Program-made: the position numbers and the translations under genes
Notes under the pieces: generated by a model
Seen by the model: only the letters and a program-made list of their open reading frames with translations
Database searches by the model: none
Told to the model about the DNA's origin: nothing
In this document: positions 9,316 to 21,685 of the stretch, one piece after another
Layout: each line of letters begins with the position of its first letter
Numbering within the stretch: position 1 is the stretch's first letter
Source: an uncultured Chloroflexia bacterium
GTDB lineage: Bacteria > Chloroflexota > UBA6077 > JACCZL01
Direction of reading: 5' to 3'
Assembly (NCBI GenBank): GCA_963765765.1
Contig: CAVXYC010000022.1
Location: 1-32,679 of the forward strand
DNA length: 32,679 nt

Positions 9316-11000
9316 CTAGCACTGTGATTCGTCGAGCCATGCCTCGCTTATCCCGATGGCGGCAGCCGATGGATGGGTCGGCGGCATGTTGGCCACGCGG
9401 CAAGAGTAGAAGTGGTAGTAGATGAAGCTTATCGCCGGTATGTAGGGCATGCTTTCGAACATGCGATCCTGCGCGTCTCCGATAAGCTGCTTGCGCTTCG
9501 ACGGATCTAGTTCTCGGCGCTGGCTCTCGATCAACCTGTCGAGCTGCGGGTCGCTAAACCCTGTCCAGTTGCGGCTGTCGCCTGTGTAGGCCGTCCTGAG
9601 CCATCGATCCACAAACACCGACGATGGTGATTGGCCGGTCCACGCGGCTTCCCACCCGGCTTTTCGAAGATGAGAGATGTGCTTGCCGGTCCCTGATCCA
9701 CGAGCCCCACATCTATACCTGCAGCCAGAAGCTGCTGCTGTACCACCACTGCGTCGTTGATAAATCGGCTTCCCGTGGTGATCGTAAACTTTAACTCGCC
9801 GGGCCCAAATCCAGCGTCAGCAAGGAGCTTCTGAGCCTCCGCGCGATCTGTCTTGAACTTTTCTCGAATCTGGGGCTCCGGCCAGGCCGCATCGCCCGTC
9901 GCCAATGGCAGGAATCCCGAGATTACGGCCCCGCCACGGTTGTTAGCGATTAACTCGTCTCGATCAATGGCAAGCGAAATCGCCTTCCGAACACGCACAT
10001 CGTCGAAGGGCTTCTTGCGATGGTTCACCCACAGACTGATGGGATTGGCGGCAACATCATCAAACTTCTGTGTCTTCGGATTCCCTTGCTTGATCGCGTC
10101 TGCTTCCAACTTTCGGAATCCGACGTTCATGTTCAAGTCCAATTGGGCGGACCGCGCAGCCGCTACCTCGGCCGTGTAGTCTCCAAAGTTCACCGTGTGA
10201 ATTTCATCGATATATGGCGCCGGCCCTCTCCATTCTGGATTCCGTTCCACTATGACCATCTGGCCCGGCTTGAAGTCCTTGAGCATATAGGGCCCGGTTC
10301 CAATTGCCACAGTCTTAAAGTCGCCGAATTGCTCCTTCACTTCTCGAGGAGCAATCACATTGACATCATCGCCAAGCTTTCCTAGAAATTCCGCATCAGG
10401 CTCCTGAAGCCGTAGCACCACGGTGTAGGGGTCAGGTTCTTCGTGACTCACTGACGTCCAATACGAACGTAACTGGCCCGCCGCCTTCTGATACTCAATG
10501 GTCCATGCAACATCCGCTGATGTAAACGGCCGACCATTGACGGGCGGTTTGTTATGCCAGCGCGCGTCGTCGCGAAGATGCAGGGTCCAGGTAAGTCCGT
10601 CTGCTGATACATCCCATGATTTGGCAAGACTCGGCACCATGGCCGTGTCCTGGTAGTAGCAAGCTCGTGGGCGGACGAGCGTTTCATACACCTGAGAGAT
10701 CGTTTGAATGGATTGGCCGCCGCCAGTGACCAAGTCGAGGTTGGGTAAAGCACCCTGACCCTGTCCACCTGTGCGAATGAACTGTCCACCTCGCTTTGGT
10801 GTGCCAGATGAGCGCCAGTGTTCCTTGCCCGGCTCGCATTGGAAGCCGGATGGATCTTGTTGCACGTCCTTCGGGGCGGGAGCACTGGCAGTCGTTGACT
10901 GGCCGGTGGCCGACGGTCGGCCCGCAGGCGCGCAACTCAACAAGAGGCCTGCGCTGAGGACAAGTGGCATCAGTAAAGCGAGCGTCCGACGGTGCGTCAT
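9316..11000 (-). CDS. ABC transporter substrate-binding lipoprotein, family 5 (frameshift near 9645)
   Basis: ATG 11000 after GGAGG, lipobox LLLSC, PSLAKSWDVSADGLTWTLHLR, GTGPY, FDDVRVRKAISLAIDR. The C-terminus is in ORF 9316..9618. Confidence 0.85.
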
Positions 11001-11043
11001 TCTACGCAGCCCTCCAAACTCATTCACCAGGTGGACGCTGGCG

Positions 11044-11072
11044 AACGTACCACCGCCCATTCCGCCTGTCAA
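11044..11072 (-). promoter_or_regulatory. sigma70-type promoter of the Dpp-type operon
   Basis: Minus strand TTGACA, 17 bp, TACGTT with extended -10 TG. Confidence 0.6.
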
Positions 11073-11269
11073 GAAATTCAAATTGTTTCAGTAACCGTGA
11101 AGGAATCTCCGTGAATACTCCCAACTGTCCGATGCCCCCGATGAACGTCGCGACAAAGCTCGACAGGTCAACGGCTCCACATCAATAATGGGAGCGCATT
11201 TAGGCCACGGACCTTCTGCTGTGCTTCGGACGGCGGAGGGGCGTGCTTAAGCTTGGAGGAGCCAAGATC

Positions 11270-12065
11270 ATGCCTACCGCACCTGCCCCCGGGGCGAGCT
11301 ACGGCTGGAGAGCGTCAGTAGGGGTCATCATCCCTGGTCGCGTCTCCGATACGAATGCCTATGAGTTCTATGCGATGGCGCCGCCTGGCGTGATCATGGT
11401 CCACACGACCTTGGATGTGGGCGGCTCCAGCCAGGAACACTATGACCGGGCGATTGGGAACGCGGAAACAGCGGTGCGTGGGCTTGTTGAGCGAGGCGTT
11501 GATGCCATCGTTCAGGCGGGAGTACCGCCAATCGTCTCGCACGGTTGGGGGTTCGAAGCGGAAGTCCTCTCCAAGATAAAGCGGGTAACGACCGTTCCTA
11601 TGATCACAGACATCGGCGCATGCGTTGAGGGCATGCAAAAACTTCAGATGGGTCGAGTTGTCATGCTGACCGGCTTCAACCCAGACAGATATGGGAGCGA
11701 GATTCATGATCAGCTCATGAGTTACGTGGCGAACGCCGGGATCGAGGTAGTGGCCGACGATGCCGTGAGGACCACGCCACCTGAAGCCGTCCGACATGCG
11801 CCTCTCGCCGTTCCTTACCGAGCTGCAAAAGAGCTCTTTCGAAAGGCCGGGTCGGTGGATGGGGTCTGGATCACAGGAGCATTCATGCCCAGTGCCGGGC
11901 ATGATCGCCGCACTCGAAGATGATTTAGGTGCACCGGTAGTGGCCAGTATGCAAGCGCTGACATGGATCGGCCTACGTATGGCGGGCATACGGGACCGAG
12001 TCCAAGGATTCGGGCGGCTTTTCCAAGAGGATTGGCCACCCACCTCGCAGTTCTTTCAAGGCTGA
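11270..12065 (+). CDS. maleate isomerase/AMDase-like protein, paralogue A2 (frameshift near 11898)
   Basis: ATG after GGAGGAG. PGASYGWRASVG, QAGVPP, WITGAFMP. The C-terminus DWPPTSQFFQG matches A1 DWPPTSKYFQG. Confidence 0.85.
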
Positions 12066-12232
12066 AGTGCCTGCCGCCCAGCCATCAAGCCCACGTGCTG
12101 CGGTGATTCGATGGTATTCCGCCAGAACTCAATGACTGGAGATTGTTTGCAGCGATTCCAATCAATCTTCGAGTGAGTATCGATGGACAACTCGGAAGTA
12201 ACGCAAAGGTCGAATTGATCTGAGAGGACGGG

Positions 12233-13411
12233 ATGGTGAAACTGCAAGCATTCCCAAGGGCCGTATCTCTAGCGGCGCCGTCACTGGCCATACTGCTCAC
12301 GATCAGTGCCTGTGGGGGCGGGTCAACGAGCACTGGCTCGGCGCCAGCGAAAATCGATACTCCACCTCCGGCACCAGCGGCCAAAGCATCGACCACGGAG
12401 CAGGACTTTCCACGGCTTCGTTCCGAATTCGACACGGCGATTGTGCCCGCGGCGAAGAATGAAGGTCAGTTCACGTGGTACACCTGTGTCCAAGCGGAAG
12501 AGGCCGAGGGTAGAGTCAAGCATTTCAACCAGACGTACCCCGAGATTAAGGTCAACTACGTTTACCTGACACCAGCCGAAGCCGTGGAGCGCATCACCGC
12601 GGAGGCGGCCTCCGGCCGGGTCACCGCGGACCTTTACCAGTGTGCAGGCCAGACTGGTCGAATCCTCGGTTGGCGGGGGCTTACTGAACCGTACACACCG
12701 CCGAGCGCCGTTGACCCTTCGATCCCCTACAACTGGCCAGTGATGGGCGTGGAAGGAAGCTTGACGGTATTCCACATCGTCTTTTCCGGGATGATCATCA
12801 ACACAAAGCTGGTGCCGCAGGACAAATTCCCAAAGACATGGTGGGACGTTGTCCGCGATCCGTATTGGGTCGACCAACTACGCCAGGGCACCGTTCCAAT
12901 GAATGATCCGCGCTCACCCGGGTGGGGCGGCAACATACTCTACGTACTCAGTCAAGCGCAGGCCTCGGATTATGGAGAATCCTGGATTCGAGAGTTGGCA
13001 GCGCTAAAGCCGAGGCTGGTTGCCACGGCGGCAGGAGATGCAGACCTCGAGCGTGGCGAAGTCAATGCATTGCTGATCGGGGCAATGCGTTGGGACGCGA
13101 TCAAGCGTGGTGCCCCATTGACAACCTGGTGTCCCGAACCCGGCTGCATCACCAGCCAGTACTACCACACGCCGCTCAAGAACGCCCCGCACCTTAACGC
13201 CGCGAAGGTATGGGTGGAGTACTGGCTCACCAAGGATGCGCAACAGCACCTGGCTGACTGGGGCAATACGGTGGCTCGAGCGGATGTGCCGGTTCACCCT
13301 GAGCGGGATCTCAAGTCCCGCAAGCTCATGCTCTGGCCCACGGATGAGAGCGAGCGAGGGATTCTGGATACGATCAACTGGACTCAGCAATCCGGCCTGT
13401 TCAGTTACTGA
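12233..13411 (+). CDS. ABC substrate-binding lipoprotein (Fe3+/thiamine/polyamine-type cluster D)
   Basis: Intact 392 aa with lipobox ISAC, AAKNEGQFTWY, INTKLVP..PKTWWD, APHLNAAKVWVEYWLTKDAQ. Confidence 0.8.
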   Translation: MVKLQAFPRAVSLAAPSLAILLTISACGGGSTSTGSAPAKIDTPPPAPAAKASTTEQDFPRLRSEFDTAIVPAAKNEGQFTWYTCVQAEEAEGRVKHFNQTYPEIKVNYVYLTPAEAVERITAEAASGRVTADLYQCAGQTGRILGWRGLTEPYTPPSAVDPSIPYNWPVMGVEGSLTVFHIVFSGMIINTKLVPQDKFPKTWWDVVRDPYWVDQLRQGTVPMNDPRSPGWGGNILYVLSQAQASDYGESWIRELAALKPRLVATAAGDADLERGEVNALLIGAMRWDAIKRGAPLTTWCPEPGCITSQYYHTPLKNAPHLNAAKVWVEYWLTKDAQQHLADWGNTVARADVPVHPERDLKSRKLMLWPTDESERGILDTINWTQQSGLFSY

Positions 13412-13565
13412 AGAACTTGCCCACCTTCGTCGGCTCCGCTCAACTGAGCTACTCTCAACGGCGGTTGGGGGGTGGCGTAGACAATTCATCCGCCGGACGC
13501 TCATGCCGGGTTCTATGGAGCCACTTTGAGCCGGTCTTGAAACTCGGCCTGTCGCGCGCGATCTT

Positions 13566-15332
13566 ATGCTGACGACCCGTCCGAATGTAATTACAAGTCA
13601 ATCCAAAAGGCCGAATTGGCTGCGAGGTGGTCTACGCCTCCCAGTTTCGATGAATGCGCTTGCACTCAGCGTTCTGACGATCCTGGTCGCCCTCTTCACA
13701 GTAAGTCCGGTCGTCGCGGTACTTATTGGCGCCTTCCGCGATGCGCCGCCAGGTCGAGCCGGGGACCTGGACGCTTGATGGTCTTGTTCGAATCGTCAAC
13801 GATACCCAGAATCTCGCTGTGATCTGGACGAGTCTCTGGCTGGCCCTGAGCCGAGCGATTCTCGCAACGGCGTTAGCCATTGTGATCGCATGGATTCTGG
13901 CGAGGACCGATTGTCCGTTCCGAACCCAGCTGATCGTCCTCATCGGGATCTCGTTTTTCACGCCCATCCTGGGGAAAATCCTTGGTTGGACGATTCTGGC
14001 TAGTCCTCGCACGGGCTATCTCAATCAGCTGCTGCGACTCCTTCCGTGGTTTCCGGGAACATCCGGACCGATTGATATCTACAGCTACGGTGGCGTCATC
14101 TTTGTCAGCATCCTGGGTTGGTCAACGTTCTTAATACTCTTTTTGCTCCGTCCTTTTCCTCGATGGACGCCTCACTTGAGGAGGCGGGAACAATGAGCGG
14201 CGCTTCTCAGTGGCGTGTGGTCCAGTGGATCATGATCCCAATCATGCGACCCGCGATTGTCGCGGTATTCGTGCTCGCTCTCGCTCGTATGTTTTCTTCC
14301 TTTGAAGTGGAGTATTTCCTTGGCTCTCGTGCTGGAATTTACGTTTTCACGAACAAGATCTACGCCAGCCTCGATAGGTATCCGGCTGATTACAATCTTG
14401 CGTTCGGGCTGGTATTCGTACTGCTCATCATTACGGCATCGCTTGTAGCCCTCAATTGGATGCTTGTCGGCCAGCGGAATTACACAACGGTTTCTGGTCG
14501 GAGTTACTCAGCGCGGGTGATGTCCCTTGGAAGATGGCGGTGGGCGGCTTTTGCGCTCGTGTTTGGGTACGTCTTCGTTTCATTGATCTTGCCGCTCACC
14601 GTGATCATCCAGACGAGTTTCACCAGCAGGTTCGGCAGCGATCTGTTTTCTCTCTCGGGTTACAGCCTGGAGCGATGGGAACGGCTCTTCGCCCTGGAGC
14701 TGCCCCGACGCGCGATCGTGAACAGCATTGTCATGGGAGTCGTTGCGGCCTCCCTAGGCATGATCATCTACACCGTTGTCGCTTACGTGGTTGCGCGCAC
14801 AGACTTTCGGGGACGCGGCCTGCTCGACCTGGCTGCGTGGGTGCCGTGGGCAGTGCCAACCCTGGCTCTGGGCATTGGCATCCTGTGGACGGTCGCCTTC
14901 ACGCCATTGGCGTTCCTCTACGGGAGCCTGGCGCTCCTGATCGTCGCGCAGATCATCCGGGGCTTCCCGGCGCAAACGCGAATCATGTCGGCGTCGGTCA
15001 TGCAGATCGGTCAGGAGCTGGAGGAGGCAGCACGGGTTCACGGCGCACCGTGGTGGACCACGTTCCGACAAATTTGGCTGCCGCTCTTGCGGAACGGCAT
15101 CATCGCGGGTTGGATTATCGAATTTACCGTGTCCTTCAGCGATCTGGCTCTGGTGGCGTTCCTCTACGGCCCTGACTCCACTGTCCTTCCAACGCTTTTC
15201 CTGAGTCTTTGGCGCGCATCAGAGTGGGAGATGGCCAGTGCGGCGGCATTGGTCAACACGGCCATCGTCCTAATCGTGGTGCTCATCGCCCAAAGCATTG
15301 GACGGATAGGCATTGGCAGAACGGCTGCGTAG
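13566..15332 (+). CDS. FbpB/ThiP-type fused ABC permease (frameshifts near 13765 and 14148)
   Basis: Two EAA loops (MDASLEEAGTMSGA, QELEEAARVHGA), AWILARTD and AYVVARTD repeats, many hydrophobic segments. Confidence 0.85.
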
Positions 15333-15492
15333 AGAGGCCAGCTGAATTTGGAGACCCACCCTTTAGCCTTGTACCCGGACCGAGGATTGGACCTTGATCA
15401 GCGCTCCGGCCCTCGCGCTCAAACCCGACCCTGATTGGTCATGGCGGTCGCGCTGTCATGGGACTTCGCTTGTCCTCGTCGCTCATTGTGAA

Positions 15493-15521
15493 TTGACGCT
15501 CGACTAGACGGGTGCTATAAG
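15493..15521 (+). promoter_or_regulatory. sigma70-type promoter of the C1-Rieske unit
   Basis: TTGACG, 17 bp, TATAAG with extended -10 TG. Confidence 0.65.
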
Positions 15522-15590
15522 GCTGATCGCAGGGGTACATATCGTTTGTCGCGATGACGACTCGCGGGCTTCGAACAAGGAGACTGACTT

Positions 15591-16363
15591 ATGACAGCGA
15601 TGGCTAGCGCCGGAGCGGCATACGGATGGCGAGGTCGTATTGGATTCCTCCAGCCTGCAATGGCGAATCCGAACCACCCGCATGAGTTCTATCTCATCGT
15701 GCCCGAGGGCGTAACCATCAGTATTGCGAGCTTGCGCTCCTATGGTGATCCTGAGGGAGGCGAATTCCTGAATCCGGAATCGCTCAGGCTTCCCATGAGC
15801 CGCATACCGCAAGGAACGAAGGTCTTGGTTGCACAGGGCGTGGATGTCGTGGTCCAAGCCGGCGTCCTCACACAACGGTCGAGGGCTGGGGATACGAAGC
15901 GAAGCTGCGGGCCGAGGTGCGTGAAATTACAGACGTTCCGTTCGTCATTGATACACACTCGTCAATCGACGCCATGAAGACCTTAGGCATGTCCAAGGTG
16001 CTTATGGTGAGCCCGTTTCCGGAGAAGACCAGCGCACACGTCATTGAGTACGTCAGCCACGCTGGAATTGAGATTGTTCACGCGCATCGCGTCATGGTGT
16101 CGGAGTATGGCGGGCTCTATGGAATACCGCTCGGTGCCGTCTATCAAGAAGCGAAGAAGGCGTATCGTGGCGTAGGCGATGTTGACGGCATCTGGCTCCC
16201 TGGGGCGGCCATGCCCAGTGTGGCCGCCATCGATCCGCTCGAGCGTGATCTGGGACTGCCGGTCGTCAGCAGCAAGCAGGCCATGATCTGGGCGGCCCTC
16301 CGTGAGGCGCGGGTCGATTGTACGATCAGCGGTTACGGCAGCCTCTTTGAAGCGACGGAATAG
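15591..16363 (+). CDS. maleate isomerase/AMDase-like protein, paralogue C1 (1-bp deletion near 15866)
   Basis: ATG after AAGGAG. GAAYGWRGRIG and NPNHPHEFY. Restoring one C gives QAGVPHTTVEGWGYE, continuing to WLPGAAMP..VSSKQA. Confidence 0.85.
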
Positions 16364-16372
16364 GAGAACAGA

Positions 16373-17719
16373 ATGTTGAGGCGAGAAGACAACGAGCTCG
16401 TGACTCGGGTCGGACCGGGCACTCCCATGGGCACCTTGATGCGCGAGTACTGGATCCCGGTCTTGTTCTCAACTGAGCTAGCACAACCAGACGCCCCGCC
16501 GCTCCGCGTTCGCTTGTCGGGGAGAAGCCCATCGCGTTTCGCGATAGTGAGGGACAAATTGGCATGGTGGCACAGAACTGCCCACACAGGGGTGCTTCGC
16601 TCTTCTTTGGCCGTAACGAGGAAGCGGGACTCCGGTGCGTCTATCACGGCTGGAAGTTCAACGCCAGGGGGCTTGCGTGGACATGCCCAACGAGCCCGCA
16701 GAGAGTAACTTCAAGCACAAAGTGCGGGTGACCGCGTACCCATGCCAGGAGCGGAACGGCATCATCTGGACCTACATGGGTCCGCGTCAGAACCCGCCCT
16801 CGCTGCCCGCGTTTGAGTGGAACATGGTTCCCGAAGGGCACGCGTACGTCAGCAAGCGGGTCGCCGAGAACAACTGGCTGCAGGCACTCGAGGGAGGCAT
16901 CGACACGAGCCACGCGAACTTCCTGCACAAGTCGTTGGGCACCAAAGGTGGGAGCGGGTTTGGAGGGTCGGCGCCGCGCCGAACCAGCTCTGGTCTGGAG
17001 TACATGGCGCGAGACAGTCATCCGCGATTTGAGTGCTTGCCAACTGAGGGAGGCGTCTTGATCGGGGCCCGCCGTGAGGGCGACGCGGACAATTACTACT
17101 GGCGCATCAATCCGTTCCTGATGCCCTTCTACACCATGTTCCCTTCCACGGGGATCGATCCGTCGGCGAGCGGTCACGTATGGGTTCCTATCGACGACGA
17201 ACATACGCTCGTCTTGCACTTCACCTACCACCCAACCCGCCCGCTTGGCCCTGACGAGGTCGAGTACATGCGCTCCGGTCGGGACGGATTGGATGGTTTC
17301 CATCCGAATGCGAGTGGGTTCTTACCTGCGAGTGGAAGAGCCTTCGGATCCTGGTATCCGAAACTCAATCGAGACAACCTTTACGGCCTGGACTACGAGG
17401 TCCAGAAGACCCAGTTGTTTTGCGGATACCGGCGGGGTGGGCACAAGACTCGGCGACGCAGGAAAGCATGGGTGCCATCACTGACCGTACGCGCGAACAC
17501 CTGGGGTCAAGCGACGTCGGCATCATTTCCGCGCGACGCTTCCTGATCAATGCGGCGATTGCACATCGAGATCAGGGTGCACCTGCGCCGGGTGCCACGA
17601 ATCCTGAAGCGTTCGCCTTGCGACCCGCGGCCGTGCTGGTCTCGCGTAGTGGGTCAGTCTGGGAAGTCGCACCTGCTGCCACAGCCGTCAAGCCGGGGAC
17701 TAATTTCGCTGTAGTGTGA
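16373..17719 (+). CDS. Rieske non-heme iron oxygenase alpha subunit (phthalate 4,5-dioxygenase/LigXa-like; about 3 frameshifts)
   Basis: TRVGPGTPMG..YWIP start, Rieske CPHRGASL..LRCVYHGWKF, mononuclear site EGGIDTSHANFLH, QDSATQESMG, EHLGSSD. Confidence 0.85.
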
Positions 17720-17744
17720 GACTCGTCCAGAGGGAGGTAGCCAG

Positions 17745-18979
17745 GTGAACACCATGTCGTTTGCACGAGTGATCCCTACGCTGTGCCTTGTGCTCCTCGT
17801 AGCCTGCCAGCCGGCCACGCAAGCTCGCGGGCATCCGAATCATCGACGGACGACCCATGGCAGCAGATTCTCAACGCTGCAAAAGGTGAAGAACAACTCC
17901 TGGTCTATGCTCAGGCATTTACTGGCAGTGACGCGGCCAAGATTGCCGAAGAATTCCGAGCCAAGACGGGCCTGAATATGGATTTCATCAGCGCGGCGGG
18001 AAACGTGCTGATTCAGCGCCATCAAACAGAAACACAGGCAGGACAACGGTCGGGCGACATCATCGAGGGCTCGCCCCAGTTCTTAACAGCGGCGCGTCTG
18101 CAGGGCGTGTTTACACCGCTCAAGGATAAGCCGTTGCCATTCTTGAAAGAGCCTGCGGAGGTCTGGCGGGTTCCGCCAGCCTTTCTGGGCGAGTCGATGG
18201 ATGCGCTGGTAAGTCGACCGTCGAAATCCGAGGGGCACGTTACGGTAAATACGCGCTTGATGAGTCCCGCTGAATACCCGACCAGCTACCAGGACCTGGC
18301 CACAAACCCGAAATTCAAGGGGAAGGTCGCATTTAACGATCCCAAAGCGACAGGCAACGTCGCCGCCGTCTTTGTGCGTCAAGGATACGTGGGCAAGTCG
18401 CTGACCCTTAAGGACATCTGGTCGCTCTTCAACGAACAACAAGTTGCCACGTTTGGAAGGCCCGGCGAGCAAGAGGGCGCCGTGGCGCGTGGTGAGGCCG
18501 CCGTAGCGATTGGTGTCGGAAGCGAACGGCTGCTGGGACTCGCTGAGGCCAACGCACCGTTCAAACTTCTCGCATTTCCCGATACACCGATCGTCGGATT
18601 CCCTCAAATGATGGGTGTCACCCGCACCGCGTCAAGCCCGAACTCGGCGCTTGTGTTCATCAACTGGTACTACAGCAAGGACGGCCAAGAGTTCGTCAAG
18701 AAGCTCGTCGGTAGCGATGACGGCCCTCGTCGTGACGTGCCCAGCTACGTTCCCGATGCGCTCAAGGCCGAGGTCATAGGCGGGGGGAAACGCGGACCCA
18801 ATATGGTGACATCAGCGGCGCAAGCGGTGCTGGGTAGTGACCTCTACGCTTCGGGCATCTTCCAGGAGCTAACCGACGGGATCTCATTCGCTGATTTCGA
18901 ACGCAAGACGAACGCGTTCATTGCTGAATGGGAGTCAAAGCAGGGCGGCCGACCAACTGGCGAGGTGGTTATGCAGTGA
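17745..18979 (+). CDS. ABC substrate-binding lipoprotein (cluster D-like; frameshift near 17825)
   Basis: Lipobox LVAC, WQQILNAAKGE, VNTRL..PTSYQDL, PNSALVFINWYYSKDGQ. Alternative start ATG at 17754. Confidence 0.75.
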
Positions 18980-19315
18980 AGGCGTTGCCACGGGGCACAT
19001 TCCGATCTGAAAGTGGCTCCCCCATCGCCGGCTTGGTTTCACCAATCCGCGTTTGTATTACAGGTTGCCATCATCGCCGTGACTAAAACCTGTCTAGTCC
19101 GCCTGCTACTGTCTAGCCGTCGTCCGGCCCAACCATAGCCAAGATGCAGTTCGACTTCAGCGTGGCAACGGTCGGCCGCCCAGCTAGGATCATTCCCTAT
19201 ACAACGTCTCGCGACTTTGAATACCCTCATCGGCATTCTGCGCTGGTCGACTGGGGAGAGTCGAGTTTCAGGAGTCCGTTAAGCTTGGATCAAGACACCG
19301 AGGGGGAGCACCGTC

Positions 19316-20447
19316 ATGAAAGACGGATACCTTGTCATAGACGCCGATCGACATATGATGGAGCCGCTGGATTTTGGCGATCGCTGGCTCGAAGGGCCGC
19401 TTCACAGGACGGGTCACTGCGGCGAAATCGCTTTGGCCGATAGATCGATGGCCAGCCAACCTTCCGCGGAACGGCGCGCGGATCGAGCGATTTCGCGCTT
19501 GAAACGCGCTACCGTGAAGTCTTCGCGGACGCTCTGGCCGACGACTATGGCCCCGCGTCGAACCTCCGGGCCATGGATCGGGAAGGCGTCGACGTGGCAG
19601 TGCATTTCCCGAGCGCCGGGCTCATCATGCTCTCGCGCGACGACACGCCCTCGATCTCGCCGTGGCGATCTGCCGCGGGTACAACAACTGGGCGGCCGAT
19701 TATTGCTCGGCGGAACCGACCCGCCTCAAGGCCGATCGCCATGATTTCCCTCATGATCCGTCCGAAGCGGCGCGTGAGCTTCGCCGCGCAACTCAAGAGC
19801 TCGGCCACGTCGGTGTGTTCATGCCACCGAATCCCGTCGATCGGTCGGCGGCTTGATGATCCCGCCTACTACCCAATTTATGCGGCCGCCCAGGACCTGA
19901 ACTCGCCGATAACCCTCCATTCGGCGTCCGGCTCGCGCCTGCCGCAGGTGAGCGCTTCGCGTACCAGCCAATTCGGCAGCACGTCGCTATGCACCCGATG
20001 GAGCAGATGCTGGCCTGCTCTGACACTGCTAGGCGATGGGCTGCTCGAACGCTTCCCTCACCTGACGGTCGCCCACTTCGAGTCCGTGTGGCTGGCTTCC
20101 GTTCTGGCTGGAGCGGATTGACGAGCACTTCAAGCACTACCGCTGGAGCCAAGGCCGGACGGCACCTACGAAGCGCCTCCCAGTGAGATCTTCAAGGCGC
20201 AATGCTTCATCAGCGCTGAGGCAGGTGAAGAATGGTGGTCGACGTGGTGAAGCACGTCGGCGACGACGTGGTGATCATCGCGACGGACTATCCCCACTCG
20301 GATGCCGTGGACAAGTTCCCGGACCACACCATCGGCGATCTCACCGGAGCCGAGCACTCTCGGCGGAAGCCAAGCGAAAATCCTCTGGGACAACCCCGCT
20401 CGGCTCTATGGCATCACGGACGTTCCTGTATCGGCGGCGGTGATTAG
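19316..20447 (+). CDS. amidohydrolase_2 family protein (copy 2; many frameshifts)
   Basis: IDADRHMMEP, MDREGVDVAVHFPS, YNNWAADYC, YYPIYAAAQ, LLERFP, ATDYPHSD and KILWDNPARLYG are scattered over frames. The end is approximate. Confidence 0.75.
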
Positions 20448-20541
20448 TTCCGGCGCCATCGGCCCGTTAGGCCGCGAGTCGACTGGCGTGTGCCGGGCAG
20501 CGTCGAGCCGGCGCGTCCTTCCTGAGACATGGGGGACGCAC

Positions 20542-21685
20542 ATGCATTTCTGGCAGCGATCATTTGCTCAAATGTGCGTTTGGACGTCGTATCGCCGGGC
20601 TGGTGCTGTCGGCTTGCGGCCCCGCACCCGGCGGCGGTCCTGCGAGTTCAGGCAGCGACCCGTCGCTTGCTCAGGGCGCCACACCCGAGTGGGACGCCAT
20701 CGTCGCGGCAGCGAAGAAGGAAGGCGAGGTGGTTTGGTCCACCACCAGCGCCGATGACTGGATTGACTCTGCGGCAGCGGAGTTTCAGAAAGCGTACGGG
20801 ATCAAGCCCATCCTCTCATACACGCGACCCCCGGACTTCAACGCGCGCTATGAGGCCGAGCTCGCGGCGGGCAAGCAGTCCGTGGACATCCGCGGTGCCG
20901 GGACGGTCACGAGTCGGACGCTTGACTCGCGTGGTCTGAGTGAGCCGTTCGGGAACTACCGGTCATGTCTGAGCCGCCGAGTACATGGCGGATCGATCCA
21001 TTCGAAGACATGCTAGCGGGCAAGGGGAACAACGTCTTCTACGGAGTCTGGGGCCACCTGTTCGTCGCCAATAACCAGCTCTGCCCACCAGACAACTGCC
21101 CGAAGAGCTACAAGGACCTCGCCGATCCGCGATTTCGCGGCATGATTCTCCTTGATGAGCCGTTGCCAGGCGGGTCGGCCGGTACAAAGTTCACGTCCTA
21201 CACCTACCTGGAGTATGGCGAAGAGTATCTCCGTGACGTGGCGGCGAATGTGGCTGGCGGTGAGCCGAGTGAGCGCGGAGGCGCCAAAACAAGTGGCCCG
21301 CGGGGAGTTTCCGCTCTATGTTTCTGTGCCCAGCCCGCCGTCGGAGCTCTTTGCCCTGCCCAAAGCCGTACCCATTTCGGCTGATTGTGCCCGAGGACGG
21401 GATGATGAGCAGCTCGGGCAGCATCTCGCTGCTCAAGCAGGCGCCACACCCAACGCGGCGAAGGTGCTGACCAACTTCTTGCTGAGCAAAACAGGCCAGC
21501 AGGCCATTGCCAATATCCCCGGCGGGCCGTTCATCCGCAAGGATGTCACTCCGATCGATCCCGATCTGGTGATCCTCTCGGACAAGCTCTTCCCCGGGCA
21601 CCCAGATAAATTCGAGTTCGCCCCGCTGCAGGCCCAATACAGCCCAATCATGATCAAGTACCTCAAGGAGCGGGGGCTCATGTGA
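20542..21685 (+). CDS. ABC substrate-binding lipoprotein (cluster D-like; several frameshifts)
   Basis: Lipobox LSAC, WDAIVAAAKKEGEV, PKSYKDLADPRFRG, PNAAKVLTNFLLSKTGQ. Confidence 0.75.

Noticed and set aside
11160-11189. TCGACA-18-AATAAT as the promoter of paralogue A2
   Set aside because: Weaker match and spacing than the other promoters, so not listed as a feature.
18983-19170. 10-bp inverted repeat CGTTGCCACG...CGTGGCAACG as MITE ends
   Set aside because: The repeat is short, with no target-site duplication or second copy seen, so it is compatible with chance.
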